Of a stretch of 64,000 bases of DNA, positions 31,839 to 40,484 are shown piece by piece. The notes below the pieces were generated by a model. It saw only the letters and a list, made by a program, of their open reading frames with translations. It was not told the DNA's origin and did no database searches. A program made the position numbers and the translations under genes. Origin of the DNA: an uncultured delta proteobacterium (GTDB taxonomy: Bacteria; Desulfobacterota; Syntrophia; Syntrophales; UBA5619); the NCBI GenBank assembly GCA_963817385.1, contig CAWFOM010000005.1, forward strand, positions 352,001 to 416,000, in the 5' to 3' direction. Each line of letters starts with the position of its first letter. Position 1 is the first letter of the stretch.

Positions 31839-32471
31839 TTGAAAAAAGTAAGGATTATTATGAAAATCCCTTCTTGGAAATCGTTTAAGAATGAGTGTTC
31901 GGCACTCATAATTGATAAAAAGAGAAGATACATCTTACTAGCCGGGGTCGTGTTACTTTTCTGTGGTCTTGCGTTCTGGTTATTCCCTTATTTTGAAGGA
32001 ATTCAGGGTGGCAAAACGGACATTGCCGCCCAAAAAAAGAGGATTGCAAAGTACCGACAGACGGCTAAGGGGCGGGGTGAGCTTGAAGCAAGGCTTGTTT
32101 CTCTTACCAAGTCTCTCGAACAGGCGGAAGCCGGGCTATTGACTGGAAAGACCGCGGCCCTCGCGGCGGTGGATATTCAGGACACCTTAAACCAAATTGT
32201 AATCGGAAGCGGCGTGGAGATAAAGAGTGTGCAGGTGCTGAAATCTCAGAATCAGAAACAGGATGCAGAGCTTTACGTCAGCATCCCCGTCCAATTTACC
32301 GTTAACGCTACAATCAGACAGTTGAAGGATATTCTCTACAAGATCGAGGCGTCATCAAAATTCTTCTTGACAGTGGAAAGGATTGCAATTAGCGTCTCTG
32401 GTGCGGGAAGCCCCGGGCAAATGCGGTGTGATATCAATGTTTCGGGCATTATGAAAAATGTCAAAGAGTAA
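31839..32471 (+). CDS. gspM: GspM / PilO-like protein
   Basis: Single TM, coiled coil, ferredoxin-like C-terminus; position after gspL. Confidence 0.72.
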   Translation: MKKVRIIMKIPSWKSFKNECSALIIDKKRRYILLAGVVLLFCGLAFWLFPYFEGIQGGKTDIAAQKKRIAKYRQTAKGRGELEARLVSLTKSLEQAEAGLLTGKTAALAAVDIQDTLNQIVIGSGVEIKSVQVLKSQNQKQDAELYVSIPVQFTVNATIRQLKDILYKIEASSKFFLTVERIAISVSGAGSPGQMRCDINVSGIMKNVKE

Positions 32472-32481
32472 GGGATGGTGA

Positions 32482-33198
32482 ATGTTTCGAACATTTTCAA
32501 AAATATGGCTGATTAATATTTCATTGGCGGTTTGTGTCGTCTTCTTTGGAATAGTGAGTTTTGATGTTTGGTCTAAAGGAGACGAAACGATTCAGGAGGT
32601 GCAGACCGGCAAAAGTTCCGAGAAGCCCCTGCCCGGAAAAAGGATTATGGAGAGGACAATGCCTCCCGAATCCACCTATGGAATAGTGGCGGATAAGAAC
32701 CTCTTTTCCTCGGACAGGTTGGAGTTTATTCCCACAAAAGCTGAACCGGGGCCGCTGAAAATATCAGAGAAAATGATCTTTCTGTACGGGGTTGTTTTAA
32801 CGGATGATCGTAAAATGGCTCTCATCAGCAATCCCGAGACCGGATCCCAGGCCGGGAAGAAACCAGTCAGAGACAAGTGGGTAAAAGTCGGCGACACCAT
32901 GGGTAATTTCAGTGTGACTGATATCAGAAAAGACAGGATCATCCTGTCTGGCGGCGCCAGAACGCACGAAATCCTTTTATATGACAAGAATAAACCGGCA
33001 AGAAAAATAGTCGTTGCAGAAAAGCCAAAAACACCTACCCCTACGGCAGGTACGACAGGATCGGCGGTGGCCGCGGCCGCCACGAAATCGGATAATCAAC
33101 CGCCCACATCCCGGATTGAAGAAGGTAAAAACGCATCAGCGGGAGAATATAGAATCGTCAACACGCCTTTTGGACCGGTTAAGCGAAGGATACAATAA
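32482..33198 (+). CDS. GspC/PilP-like bitopic protein
   Basis: N-terminal TM, KNLFS, LYGVV...ALI...VKVGD.....V..I..D HR-like domain; precedes the secretin. Confidence 0.65.
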   Translation: MFRTFSKIWLINISLAVCVVFFGIVSFDVWSKGDETIQEVQTGKSSEKPLPGKRIMERTMPPESTYGIVADKNLFSSDRLEFIPTKAEPGPLKISEKMIFLYGVVLTDDRKMALISNPETGSQAGKKPVRDKWVKVGDTMGNFSVTDIRKDRIILSGGARTHEILLYDKNKPARKIVVAEKPKTPTPTAGTTGSAVAAAATKSDNQPPTSRIEEGKNASAGEYRIVNTPFGPVKRRIQ

Positions 33199-33203
33199 AC
33201 TGT

Positions 33204-35654
33204 ATGAAACAAGTTATAGCTATCTTTTTTTGCGCGCTGCTTTTTTGCGTCTCTTTTTTTACGGGTTGCGCGGGACCGACAACCCAGATCAAGGATAAAG
33301 GTGTCGCGGTAGAGGCAGCGGGTGGTGTAAAAGCTGCCGCGACGGCGGAAAAGCCGGTAGAGAAGATCTCTGTCAATGAGAAGGGGGGATCGGCAGAGGG
33401 TGGTGTAAAAGCTGCCGAGACGGTGGAAAAGCCGGCAGATAAGACCTCTGTCAATGAGAAGGGGAGATCGGCAGAGGGAGGTGTAAAAGCTGCCGGGACG
33501 GCGGAAAAGCCGGCAGAGAAGACCTATGTTGATAAGAAAGGGAAGTTTGAAATCAGCTCCACGCCATTCGGTTATGTGAAGCGGGATATAAAACCGGCTG
33601 AAAAGGAACTGAGAACACCCGCGTCTGGGCAGCAAGAGCCCGTAGTTCCGCTGACGCCGGAAGTCAAGGATCCTTCCTCTCCTCCGGCCGCTCTCCCGGC
33701 GCTTGGAGTCGAACCGGCCAGTCCCGCTCCCGGACCCTCTGAGAAATTGGAGGAGAAAAAAGTCCCTGAAAAAACCGGCCAGATCAGTTTTGATTTTGAC
33801 GATGCAGACCTCTATGCCGTGATCAGGACTATGGCCGATTTATTAAAAATCAACTACATTATTGAGCCGACTGTCAGCGGGAAGGTGACAATTCACACGG
33901 CCGGTCGTCTGAAGGTTGAGGACATTTTCCCCATCTTTTACCAGACCTTGGAGGTTAACGGCCTAACCGCCGTCAAGGAAGGAAATCTTTACAGGATATT
34001 AAAGCTCAAAGATGCTTTGCGAATGCCGATTGCTTCCAGGCTCGTCAGGGAGGCGAAAGATATCCCGCCCGAGGAAAGGATTATTCTCCAGATCATACCT
34101 CTTAAATTCATATCCACCTCGGAGGTGACCAAGGTGATAGCCCCTTTCATCTCTGCCGACGGAACGATTATCTCGGAGGTGGGGTCGAATACCCTGCTGG
34201 TGGTAGATAAGGGGATCAACATCTTTAAGGTGCTGAAACTGGTGGAGGTGTTCGATGTAAGTGTGTTCGAGAAGATAAACTATCGATTTTATACACTTGA
34301 AAATATAACCGCCGAGGATGCAGTAAAGCTTCTCAAGGAGATATTGTTAGTATCCACCAGTGGTAAAGACGATGTGAGGTTTATTCCCATCGACCGATTA
34401 AATACCCTGCTTATCATAAGTTCAAGTCCTGACATATTTGGCCGGGTGGATGCATTTATCCGTCAACTGGATATCCCAAGCGAAGCCACCAAGTCGAAAA
34501 TCTATATTTATTCTGTAAAAAACGGGATGGCCACGGAACTTGGCGACATTTTGCGATCAATTTTCAGCAGAGGAGAGGGAATAAGAAGGAGTGCCGGAAA
34601 GGAAAGTGTGCCCACGAATCCATTCGCCAAGGGTTACACAGAGAGGAAGACAGCAGCAACACCGGCAGCAGCAACACCAGCAGCAACACCAGCGATAGCA
34701 CCGGCAGCAACACCGCCAACACCAGCAACGACGCCAGCAGCAGCAACTGCAACGGAAACGGGTCCCTCGGGTACCTTGCGAGGGGAGATAAAGATAACGG
34801 CAGATCCAATACGAAACGCCCTGATTATTGAGGCTATCCCCGGAGATTATCAGATCGTTGAAAAGGTTCTTGGGCGTCTGGATGTCCTCCCGCGACAGGT
34901 GCTGATAGAGGTTATGATCGCTGAAATCTCCCTCGGGAAGGGAACAGAATTAGGCATAGAGTGGACTTTTAAAAAAGATGCCTGGACCGATTCGGGTCCT
35001 GTGAGTGCCACTATAGGCGCCTCCGGTCTCCAATATGCCTTAGGTCTGTCACAAAAATGGCAGGTTGCCCTGCATGCACTTGCGAATGATAGCAAACTCA
35101 ATATCCTCTCCTCCCCAAGCGTTCTTGCCTCCGACAATAAACCGGCCAAAATTGACGTGACGACAGAAGTGCCCATCCCCAGCACAACCTACCAGATACA
35201 GACCACCGCACCGAGCGTGCTGGAAACCAAAGTCGAGTACCGAAATACCGGTGTCATCCTTGACGTCACGCCGCATATCAATGAATACGGCCTGGTAACC
35301 ATGGATATCAGCCAGGAGGTGAGCAATGTAGGCGAACTTCTGAAGGTGGCCGGCCAGGATTATTATACCTTTAACAAAAGAAAGGTAACGACGTCTTTGA
35401 CGGTAAAACACAATCAGGCAATCGTCATAGGAGGGCTGATCAGCAACTCAAAGACTGATGCGGCGAGCGGCGTGCCCTGGTTGGTCAACATTCCGCTCAT
35501 CCGGTGGTTGTTTGGAACGGAGACAACAAAAGTAGCCAAGTCGGAACTGATCGTCATGATCACCCCCCACGTGATTACCAGTCTGGATGATGTAGATGCC
35601 GTCAGCGATGAGTTCAAGAAGAAGATAGGAAATGCCATGAGTATAATGAGGTAA
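33204..35654 (+). CDS. gspD: Type II secretion secretin with lipoprotein signal
   Basis: Lipobox FTGC; FDFDDADL N0 domain; LDVLPRQVLIE, TGVILDVTPHI, GVPWL..IPLI.WLF and ITPHV secretin motifs. Confidence 0.95.
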   Translation: MKQVIAIFFCALLFCVSFFTGCAGPTTQIKDKGVAVEAAGGVKAAATAEKPVEKISVNEKGGSAEGGVKAAETVEKPADKTSVNEKGRSAEGGVKAAGTAEKPAEKTYVDKKGKFEISSTPFGYVKRDIKPAEKELRTPASGQQEPVVPLTPEVKDPSSPPAALPALGVEPASPAPGPSEKLEEKKVPEKTGQISFDFDDADLYAVIRTMADLLKINYIIEPTVSGKVTIHTAGRLKVEDIFPIFYQTLEVNGLTAVKEGNLYRILKLKDALRMPIASRLVREAKDIPPEERIILQIIPLKFISTSEVTKVIAPFISADGTIISEVGSNTLLVVDKGINIFKVLKLVEVFDVSVFEKINYRFYTLENITAEDAVKLLKEILLVSTSGKDDVRFIPIDRLNTLLIISSSPDIFGRVDAFIRQLDIPSEATKSKIYIYSVKNGMATELGDILRSIFSRGEGIRRSAGKESVPTNPFAKGYTERKTAATPAAATPAATPAIAPAATPPTPATTPAAATATETGPSGTLRGEIKITADPIRNALIIEAIPGDYQIVEKVLGRLDVLPRQVLIEVMIAEISLGKGTELGIEWTFKKDAWTDSGPVSATIGASGLQYALGLSQKWQVALHALANDSKLNILSSPSVLASDNKPAKIDVTTEVPIPSTTYQIQTTAPSVLETKVEYRNTGVILDVTPHINEYGLVTMDISQEVSNVGELLKVAGQDYYTFNKRKVTTSLTVKHNQAIVIGGLISNSKTDAASGVPWLVNIPLIRWLFGTETTKVAKSELIVMITPHVITSLDDVDAVSDEFKKKIGNAMSIMR
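33321..33545 (+). repeat. Three 78-bp tandem repeats in the 5' part of gspD
   Basis: Units start at 33321, 33399 and 33477 (third unit partial), encoding GGVKAAxTxEKPxxKxSVNEKGxSAE. Confidence 0.9.
34650..34760 (+). repeat. Low-complexity (gcagcaacacc)n repeat encoding a Thr-Pro-Ala loop in GspD
   Basis: TAATPAAATPAATPAIAPAATPPTPATTPAAATATET. Confidence 0.85.
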
Positions 35655-35755
35655 AATGGAACGGAAAAACATGAAAATACCTCTCGAACAGAGCTTCATG
35701 GATATTAATTGATTATTAGCAAAAAGCCTCATGAGTAATAGAAGCAGCATCATAT

Positions 35756-36491
35756 CCCCCGCAAAACGCTAAGACCCTCAAAGTCACCCCCATGAATACC
35801 CTCAACGTGACGATAGAAGATGCAAAGGCGGCGTCCGCGGCCATTGTAAAATATCTGAAGCCGCGTTCCGTCATTCTTTTCGGGTCAGTCGCCAGGGAGG
35901 GTCGGGGAAGCGATCTCGATCTCCTGGTCGTCACCGATGAAGCGTCCAATCAGCCAGAGAATGGTGATCTTCTGCTTCATCGTTGCCTCCGGCGTTATCA
36001 CAAAAGGTTCCCCATCGACTCTTTTATCGTGCCATTGGCGAAACTGAGAGCCGGTTTTCGCAGGGGGAGCCCTTTTTTGCGCATGATCGCGAGGGAAGGG
36101 AGGACGTTGTATATGCGTAATGCAATCCGGGAGTGGCTCGGGGAAGCCCGGGACGAGTTTGACATGGCGTCCTACCTGTTGAAGGGCAGGTTTTTTAAAG
36201 GCGCCTGCTACCATGCTCAGCAGGCTCTTGAAAAAGCCATCAAGGCGCAATTGCTGGCAAAGGGCTGGGATCTCGAAAAGACGCACAGCATCGAGCGGCT
36301 TGTTGCCATCTGCCGGGACTTCAAGGTAAAAATCAATCTTTCGGACAGCGATATCGTCTTCATGGACAGCATTTACCGGGGAAGATACCCCATCGATCGG
36401 GGCCTGCTCCCTCTGGGTGAGCCGGAGGAAGGAGACGCTGCAAGGGCCGTGGAGATCGCAGCCCTCATACTGACCCCCCGCAAAACGCTAA
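35756..36491 (+). repeat. 17-bp direct repeat CCCCCGCAAAACGCTAA bracketing the MNT-HEPN gene
   Basis: Exact copies at 35756-35772 and 36475-36491. Confidence 0.85.
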
Positions 36492-36514
36492 ATTTAAAGA
36501 CCCCCAAAACGTAA
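35792..36514 (+). CDS. Fused minimal nucleotidyltransferase (MNT) - HEPN domain protein
   Basis: LFGSVAR...SDLDLLVV (MNT) followed in frame by W..EA..E...A..L...ACYHAQQALEKAIKA...KTH...RYP (HEPN). Confidence 0.85.
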   Translation: MNTLNVTIEDAKAASAAIVKYLKPRSVILFGSVAREGRGSDLDLLVVTDEASNQPENGDLLLHRCLRRYHKRFPIDSFIVPLAKLRAGFRRGSPFLRMIAREGRTLYMRNAIREWLGEARDEFDMASYLLKGRFFKGACYHAQQALEKAIKAQLLAKGWDLEKTHSIERLVAICRDFKVKINLSDSDIVFMDSIYRGRYPIDRGLLPLGEPEEGDAARAVEIAALILTPRKTLNLKTPKT

Positions 36515-36648
36515 ATGGACATAACTGCCAAACTGACTGACGTTATCTGGGATACGGAGACGGTCCATCGGGATATTTTTCATTGGCAGGAGAACTCCCT
36601 CACCTCTCCACCCCCCGTAAAAAGCTGATTGGTCGGATACAGAAAAAC

Positions 36649-37608
36649 ATGAAAAAATATCTCATTACCGGATATTCCGGATTTGTCAGCCGTCACTTTC
36701 TGGAATATCTCGATAAAAATGAGACATATTCGTACATCAAGGGATTAGACGTACAAAAACCTGAATTCTCGCACAATTCATATAAGAACATCCGATTGGA
36801 CTTCGAAAAAATTGATCTGCTCGATCGGGATCGCGTTGAAAGCATCATCTTCAACTTTCAGCCGGACTATATTGTCCATCTCGCATCATACAGCAGCGTG
36901 GCCTTCAGTTGGAAGGAACCCATCTTAAGTTTCCAAAACAATATGAATATTTACTTGAATTTGCTTGAATCCATCAGGAAATTGAATCTGCCCGCGAGGA
37001 TTTTGTCGATTGGATCTTCGGAGGAATACGGCAATGTGGATGAAAGCTCTCTGCCCTTGACGGAAGCGCACATACCAAAGCCGGTCAGCCCCTATGCGGT
37101 AGCCAGGGTTTCACAAGAGATGATTTCGAAGGTTTATGTTGACGGATACGGTCTGGACATCATCATGACCCGATCCTTCAACCACATCGGACCATTCCAG
37201 AGAGACATATTTGTCATATCATCATTTGCCAAGCAGCTTGTGGAGATTAAAAAGAGTGGAAATAGCACTGGTGAATTGATGACGGGAGATACATCTATTG
37301 TCAGAGATTTCACGGATGTGAGAGATGTAGTCGTGGCCTATGATCTGTTGTTGAAAAAGGGAAAAACCGGAGAAATCTATAATGTCTGCAGCGGCAAGGG
37401 AACGTCATTAAACGATGTCATCGGTATCATGGCAAAAATATTGGATTTAACTATTCATACTCGGGTTAACGAAAAGTTGGTGCGGCCGGACGACAATAAA
37501 ATCATCATCGGTTCCAATGAAAAAATAAAGAAAGAAATCGGCTGGGATGTCGGCATTTCCCTGGAACGGAGTCTAAGTGACAGCATGGACTATTGGCTAA
37601 AAAGCTAA
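36649..37608 (+). CDS. NAD-dependent epimerase/reductase (GDP-mannose dehydratase / Rmd-like)
   Basis: ITGYSGFV, HLAS, GSSEEYG, SPYAVAR, RSFNHIGP and RDFTDVRD motifs. Confidence 0.85.
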   Translation: MKKYLITGYSGFVSRHFLEYLDKNETYSYIKGLDVQKPEFSHNSYKNIRLDFEKIDLLDRDRVESIIFNFQPDYIVHLASYSSVAFSWKEPILSFQNNMNIYLNLLESIRKLNLPARILSIGSSEEYGNVDESSLPLTEAHIPKPVSPYAVARVSQEMISKVYVDGYGLDIIMTRSFNHIGPFQRDIFVISSFAKQLVEIKKSGNSTGELMTGDTSIVRDFTDVRDVVVAYDLLLKKGKTGEIYNVCSGKGTSLNDVIGIMAKILDLTIHTRVNEKLVRPDDNKIIIGSNEKIKKEIGWDVGISLERSLSDSMDYWLKS

Positions 37609-37659
37609 TGATTTATTTTCACAAATGCACGACCACGACCTGACCCCCCCTATCATCAG

Positions 37660-38740
37660 ATGAAAATCGCCGCCATCATCGGCGCCCGGCCTCAGTTCAT
37701 TAAAGCCGCAGCGATATCCCGCGCCATCGCCGGGCATAATCGGACCAATTCATCGCCCGTCATCGAAGAGATCCTTGTCCACACCGGCCAGCACTATGAT
37801 GACGACATGTCGGCCATATTTTTCAGAGAACTCGAAATTCCCGAACCAAAGTACAATTTGAATATCGGGTCCGGTTCTCACGGCCGTCAGACAGGGCGGA
37901 TGCTGATGGCCATCGAAGAGGTCCTTCTCAAGGAAAAGCCGGATTGGGTATTGATTTATGGCGATACCAATACCACGCTGGCCGGCGCCCTTGCCGCGGC
38001 GAAGCTTCATATCCGCATCGCCCATGTAGAGGCGGGCCTGCGCAGCTTCAATCGCCTGATGCCGGAAGAGATCAACCGGGTCGTGGCCGATCAGCTCTCC
38101 CATCTATTGCTTTGCCCCAGCCAGGATGCCGTCAACAATCTCGCTGCGGAAGGGATCACAAAGGGCGTATTGATAACTGGGGATGTCATGGCCGACGCCC
38201 TGCAATTCGCCGCGACAAAAGCGTCAGCCCATTCGGATATCCTGGCCCGCCTGGACGCTTCAGCCGCAAGGCTATCTCCTGGCCACGGTCCATCGCGCCG
38301 AAAACACGGATAACAACCAAAGACTCAACAATATCCTGTCGGCCTTCGCCGCTTTGAACGAAACCGTCGTCTTCCCCGCCCATCCCCGGACACGCAAGTT
38401 TTTACAGGAAACAGGTTATCAGCCACCGGAAAACGTGAAGTTAATCGATCCTGTAGGTTATTTCGACATCATTGCCCTGGAAAAGTCGGCGCGGCTCCTT
38501 CTTACAGACTCAGGGGGTATGCAGAAAGAGGCCTATTGGCTGAAGGTTCCCTGTATTACCCTGCGGGATGAAACGGAATGGATCGAAACAGTGGATCTGG
38601 GATGGAACATCCTGACCGGCGCAAATCGTGATCGGATTATCGAGACGGTTCATACTTTTAAAGCGCCCTCCGAACATCCGCCTCTCTATGGGGATGGCAA
38701 GGCAGCAGCACATTGCCTGAAAGCATTGTTGGAATCGTAA
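37660..38740 (+). CDS. wecB: UDP-N-acetylglucosamine(uronate) 2-epimerase, WbpI/WecB-like (frameshift ~38255)
   Basis: [35 protein letters not shown] and [10 protein letters not shown] motifs. Confidence 0.92.
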
Positions 38741-38762
38741 TTGCCCAAAAAGGAAGGAATTC

Positions 38763-39821
38763 ATGACTGAAAAAAACATCGCCGTCATCGGCGCCGGATA
38801 CTGGGGAAAGAACCTGGTCCGCAATTTCCATCAACTCGGCGTTCTTAAAACGATCTGCGATGGCGCTCAACCCATTCGTGAGGAAATGAGCAAGACCTAT
38901 CCGGATGTGTTCATCACCGCCAATGTCTCCGATGTCCTCAAGGATAATGATATAACAGGCGTAGTTATCGCCGCACCGGCCGCCCTTCATTTTGAAATTG
39001 CAGAAAAAGCCTTGCAAGCCGGCAAGCACGTCTTTGTGGAAAAGCCTCTGTCCCTCACCCACGGGGATGGCGAAAAGCTGGTCCGCCTGGCTGCGGAAAG
39101 ACAAAAGACGCTCTTTGTCGGACACATCCTGCATTACCATGCGGCCGTCATCAGGCTGAAGGAAATGATCAAGGCCGGAGAAATCGGCCGCCTCCAGTAT
39201 ATTTATTCCCGACGCTTAAGCCTGGGCAAGATTCGCCGGGAGGAAAACATCCTCTGGTCTTTCGCCCCCCACGATATTTCCATCATCCTGAGCCTTACCG
39301 GCGAGGAACCTTCATACGTCGATTCTGTCGGCAGCAATTTCCTTCATGCCCGAATTGCCGATGTCACCATGACGAATCTCAAGTTTCCCTCGGGCATCGG
39401 TGCCCATATCTTCGTGAGCTGGCTCAATCCCTACAAGGAGCAAAAACTCGTCATCGTGGGCAGCAACGGGATGTTCGTCTTCGACGACACGGAGCCCATA
39501 GAAACAAAGCTGGTTCTTTATCCCCACACGATCAACTGGCAAAACGGCCTCCCCGTGCCCCACAAGGCGGAAAGCAAACCCATCGATATCAGCCAAATCT
39601 GGAAAGAACCCTTGAGAGCCGAATGCGAGGCATTTCTTGACGCAATCCGGACCGGAACCCCGCCCATCACCTCCGGCGAAGAAGGCCTCCGGGTCCTGAA
39701 AATCCTGGAACTCAGCCAGCAATCCATTGAGACAAAAAGGAAAATGCCCAGTTCTCCGGCACCTAAAACGGAATCAGGGGACGTGACCCGAATTCGAATG
39801 AATTCGGATCGAGTCCCCTGA
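38763..39821 (+). CDS. Gfo/Idh/MocA oxidoreductase (WbpB-like), N-terminal half of a probable WbpB-WbpD fusion
   Basis: GAGYWG, VEKP, VGH and APHD motifs. Confidence 0.88.
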   Translation: MTEKNIAVIGAGYWGKNLVRNFHQLGVLKTICDGAQPIREEMSKTYPDVFITANVSDVLKDNDITGVVIAAPAALHFEIAEKALQAGKHVFVEKPLSLTHGDGEKLVRLAAERQKTLFVGHILHYHAAVIRLKEMIKAGEIGRLQYIYSRRLSLGKIRREENILWSFAPHDISIILSLTGEEPSYVDSVGSNFLHARIADVTMTNLKFPSGIGAHIFVSWLNPYKEQKLVIVGSNGMFVFDDTEPIETKLVLYPHTINWQNGLPVPHKAESKPIDISQIWKEPLRAECEAFLDAIRTGTPPITSGEEGLRVLKILELSQQSIETKRKMPSSPAPKTESGDVTRIRMNSDRVP

Positions 39822-39823
39822 TT
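39772..39823. repeat. 52-bp REP-like palindrome at the oxidoreductase/acetyltransferase junction
   Basis: AATCAGGGGACGTGACCCGAATTC-GAAT-GAATTCGGATCGAGTCCCCTGATT; 21 of 24 arm positions complementary. Confidence 0.85.
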
Positions 39824-40389
39824 ACTTCGACGTCTTCATCCACCCAACCGCCATCATCGACGACGATGTCGAAATCGGCAAAAACACCAAAATCTGGCAC
39901 TTCTCCCACATCCTCTCCGGCTCCAAAATCGGCGAAAACTGCAACATCGGCCAGAACGTCGTCATCGGACCCGACGTCACCATCGGCAACAAGTGCAAGA
40001 TCCAGAACAATGTCAGCGTCTATAAAGGCGTCACCTTGGAAGACGGCGTCTTCTGCGGTCCTTCCATGGTCTTCACCAATATCTACAATCCAAGGGCGGA
40101 AATCTCCAAGATGGACCAGGTCCGCCCCACCCTCGTCAAGAAAGGTGCCACCCTGGGGGCAAACTGCACCATCGTCTGCGGCCACACCATCGGCCAATAC
40201 GCCTTCATCGGTGCCGGGGCTGTGGTCACAAAGGATGTCCCCGATCACGCCCTCATGGTGGGCAATCCAGCCAAACAAATCGGCTGGATCTGTCAATGCG
40301 GGGAAAAGTTAAATCATAATCTAACTTGTTCGCAGTGTAGCAGTAAATATAAAAAAGATGCCAATGGTCTAACAAACATAGTAGGATAA
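39820..40389 (+). CDS. Hexapeptide-repeat N-acetyltransferase (WbpD-like); has no start codon of its own
   Basis: Frame of ORF 40036 extended upstream: FIHPTAIID...KIWHFSHI...IGQNV...KIQNNVSVY...[13 protein letters not shown]...GANCTIVCG. Confidence 0.88.
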   Translation, partial: DYFDVFIHPTAIIDDDVEIGKNTKIWHFSHILSGSKIGENCNIGQNVVIGPDVTIGNKCKIQNNVSVYKGVTLEDGVFCGPSMVFTNIYNPRAEISKMDQVRPTLVKKGATLGANCTIVCGHTIGQYAFIGAGAVVTKDVPDHALMVGNPAKQIGWICQCGEKLNHNLTCSQCSSKYKKDANGLTNIVG

Positions 40390-40484
40390 TTAAGCCCCTT
40401 TGAGCGTATCATGATAATGCAAGTATTATCATCGCTCTATTAATTTCTTCCCGGGAAATAGAGTAAGAAGATCAAAAAAGATAA

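Noticed and set aside
33321..33545. Regularly spaced repeats resembling a CRISPR array
   Set aside because: They are in-frame 78-bp coding repeats without unique spacers, and no cas genes are present.
24521..35654. Type IV pilus operon
   Set aside because: GspG- and GspK-specific motifs and a GspD-type N domain are present, and there is no PilT; this fits a T2SS.
35657..35712. Mini-ORF MERKNMKIPLEQSFMDIN resembling the joined ends of the epimerase at 36649
   Set aside because: Too short to distinguish from chance similarity.
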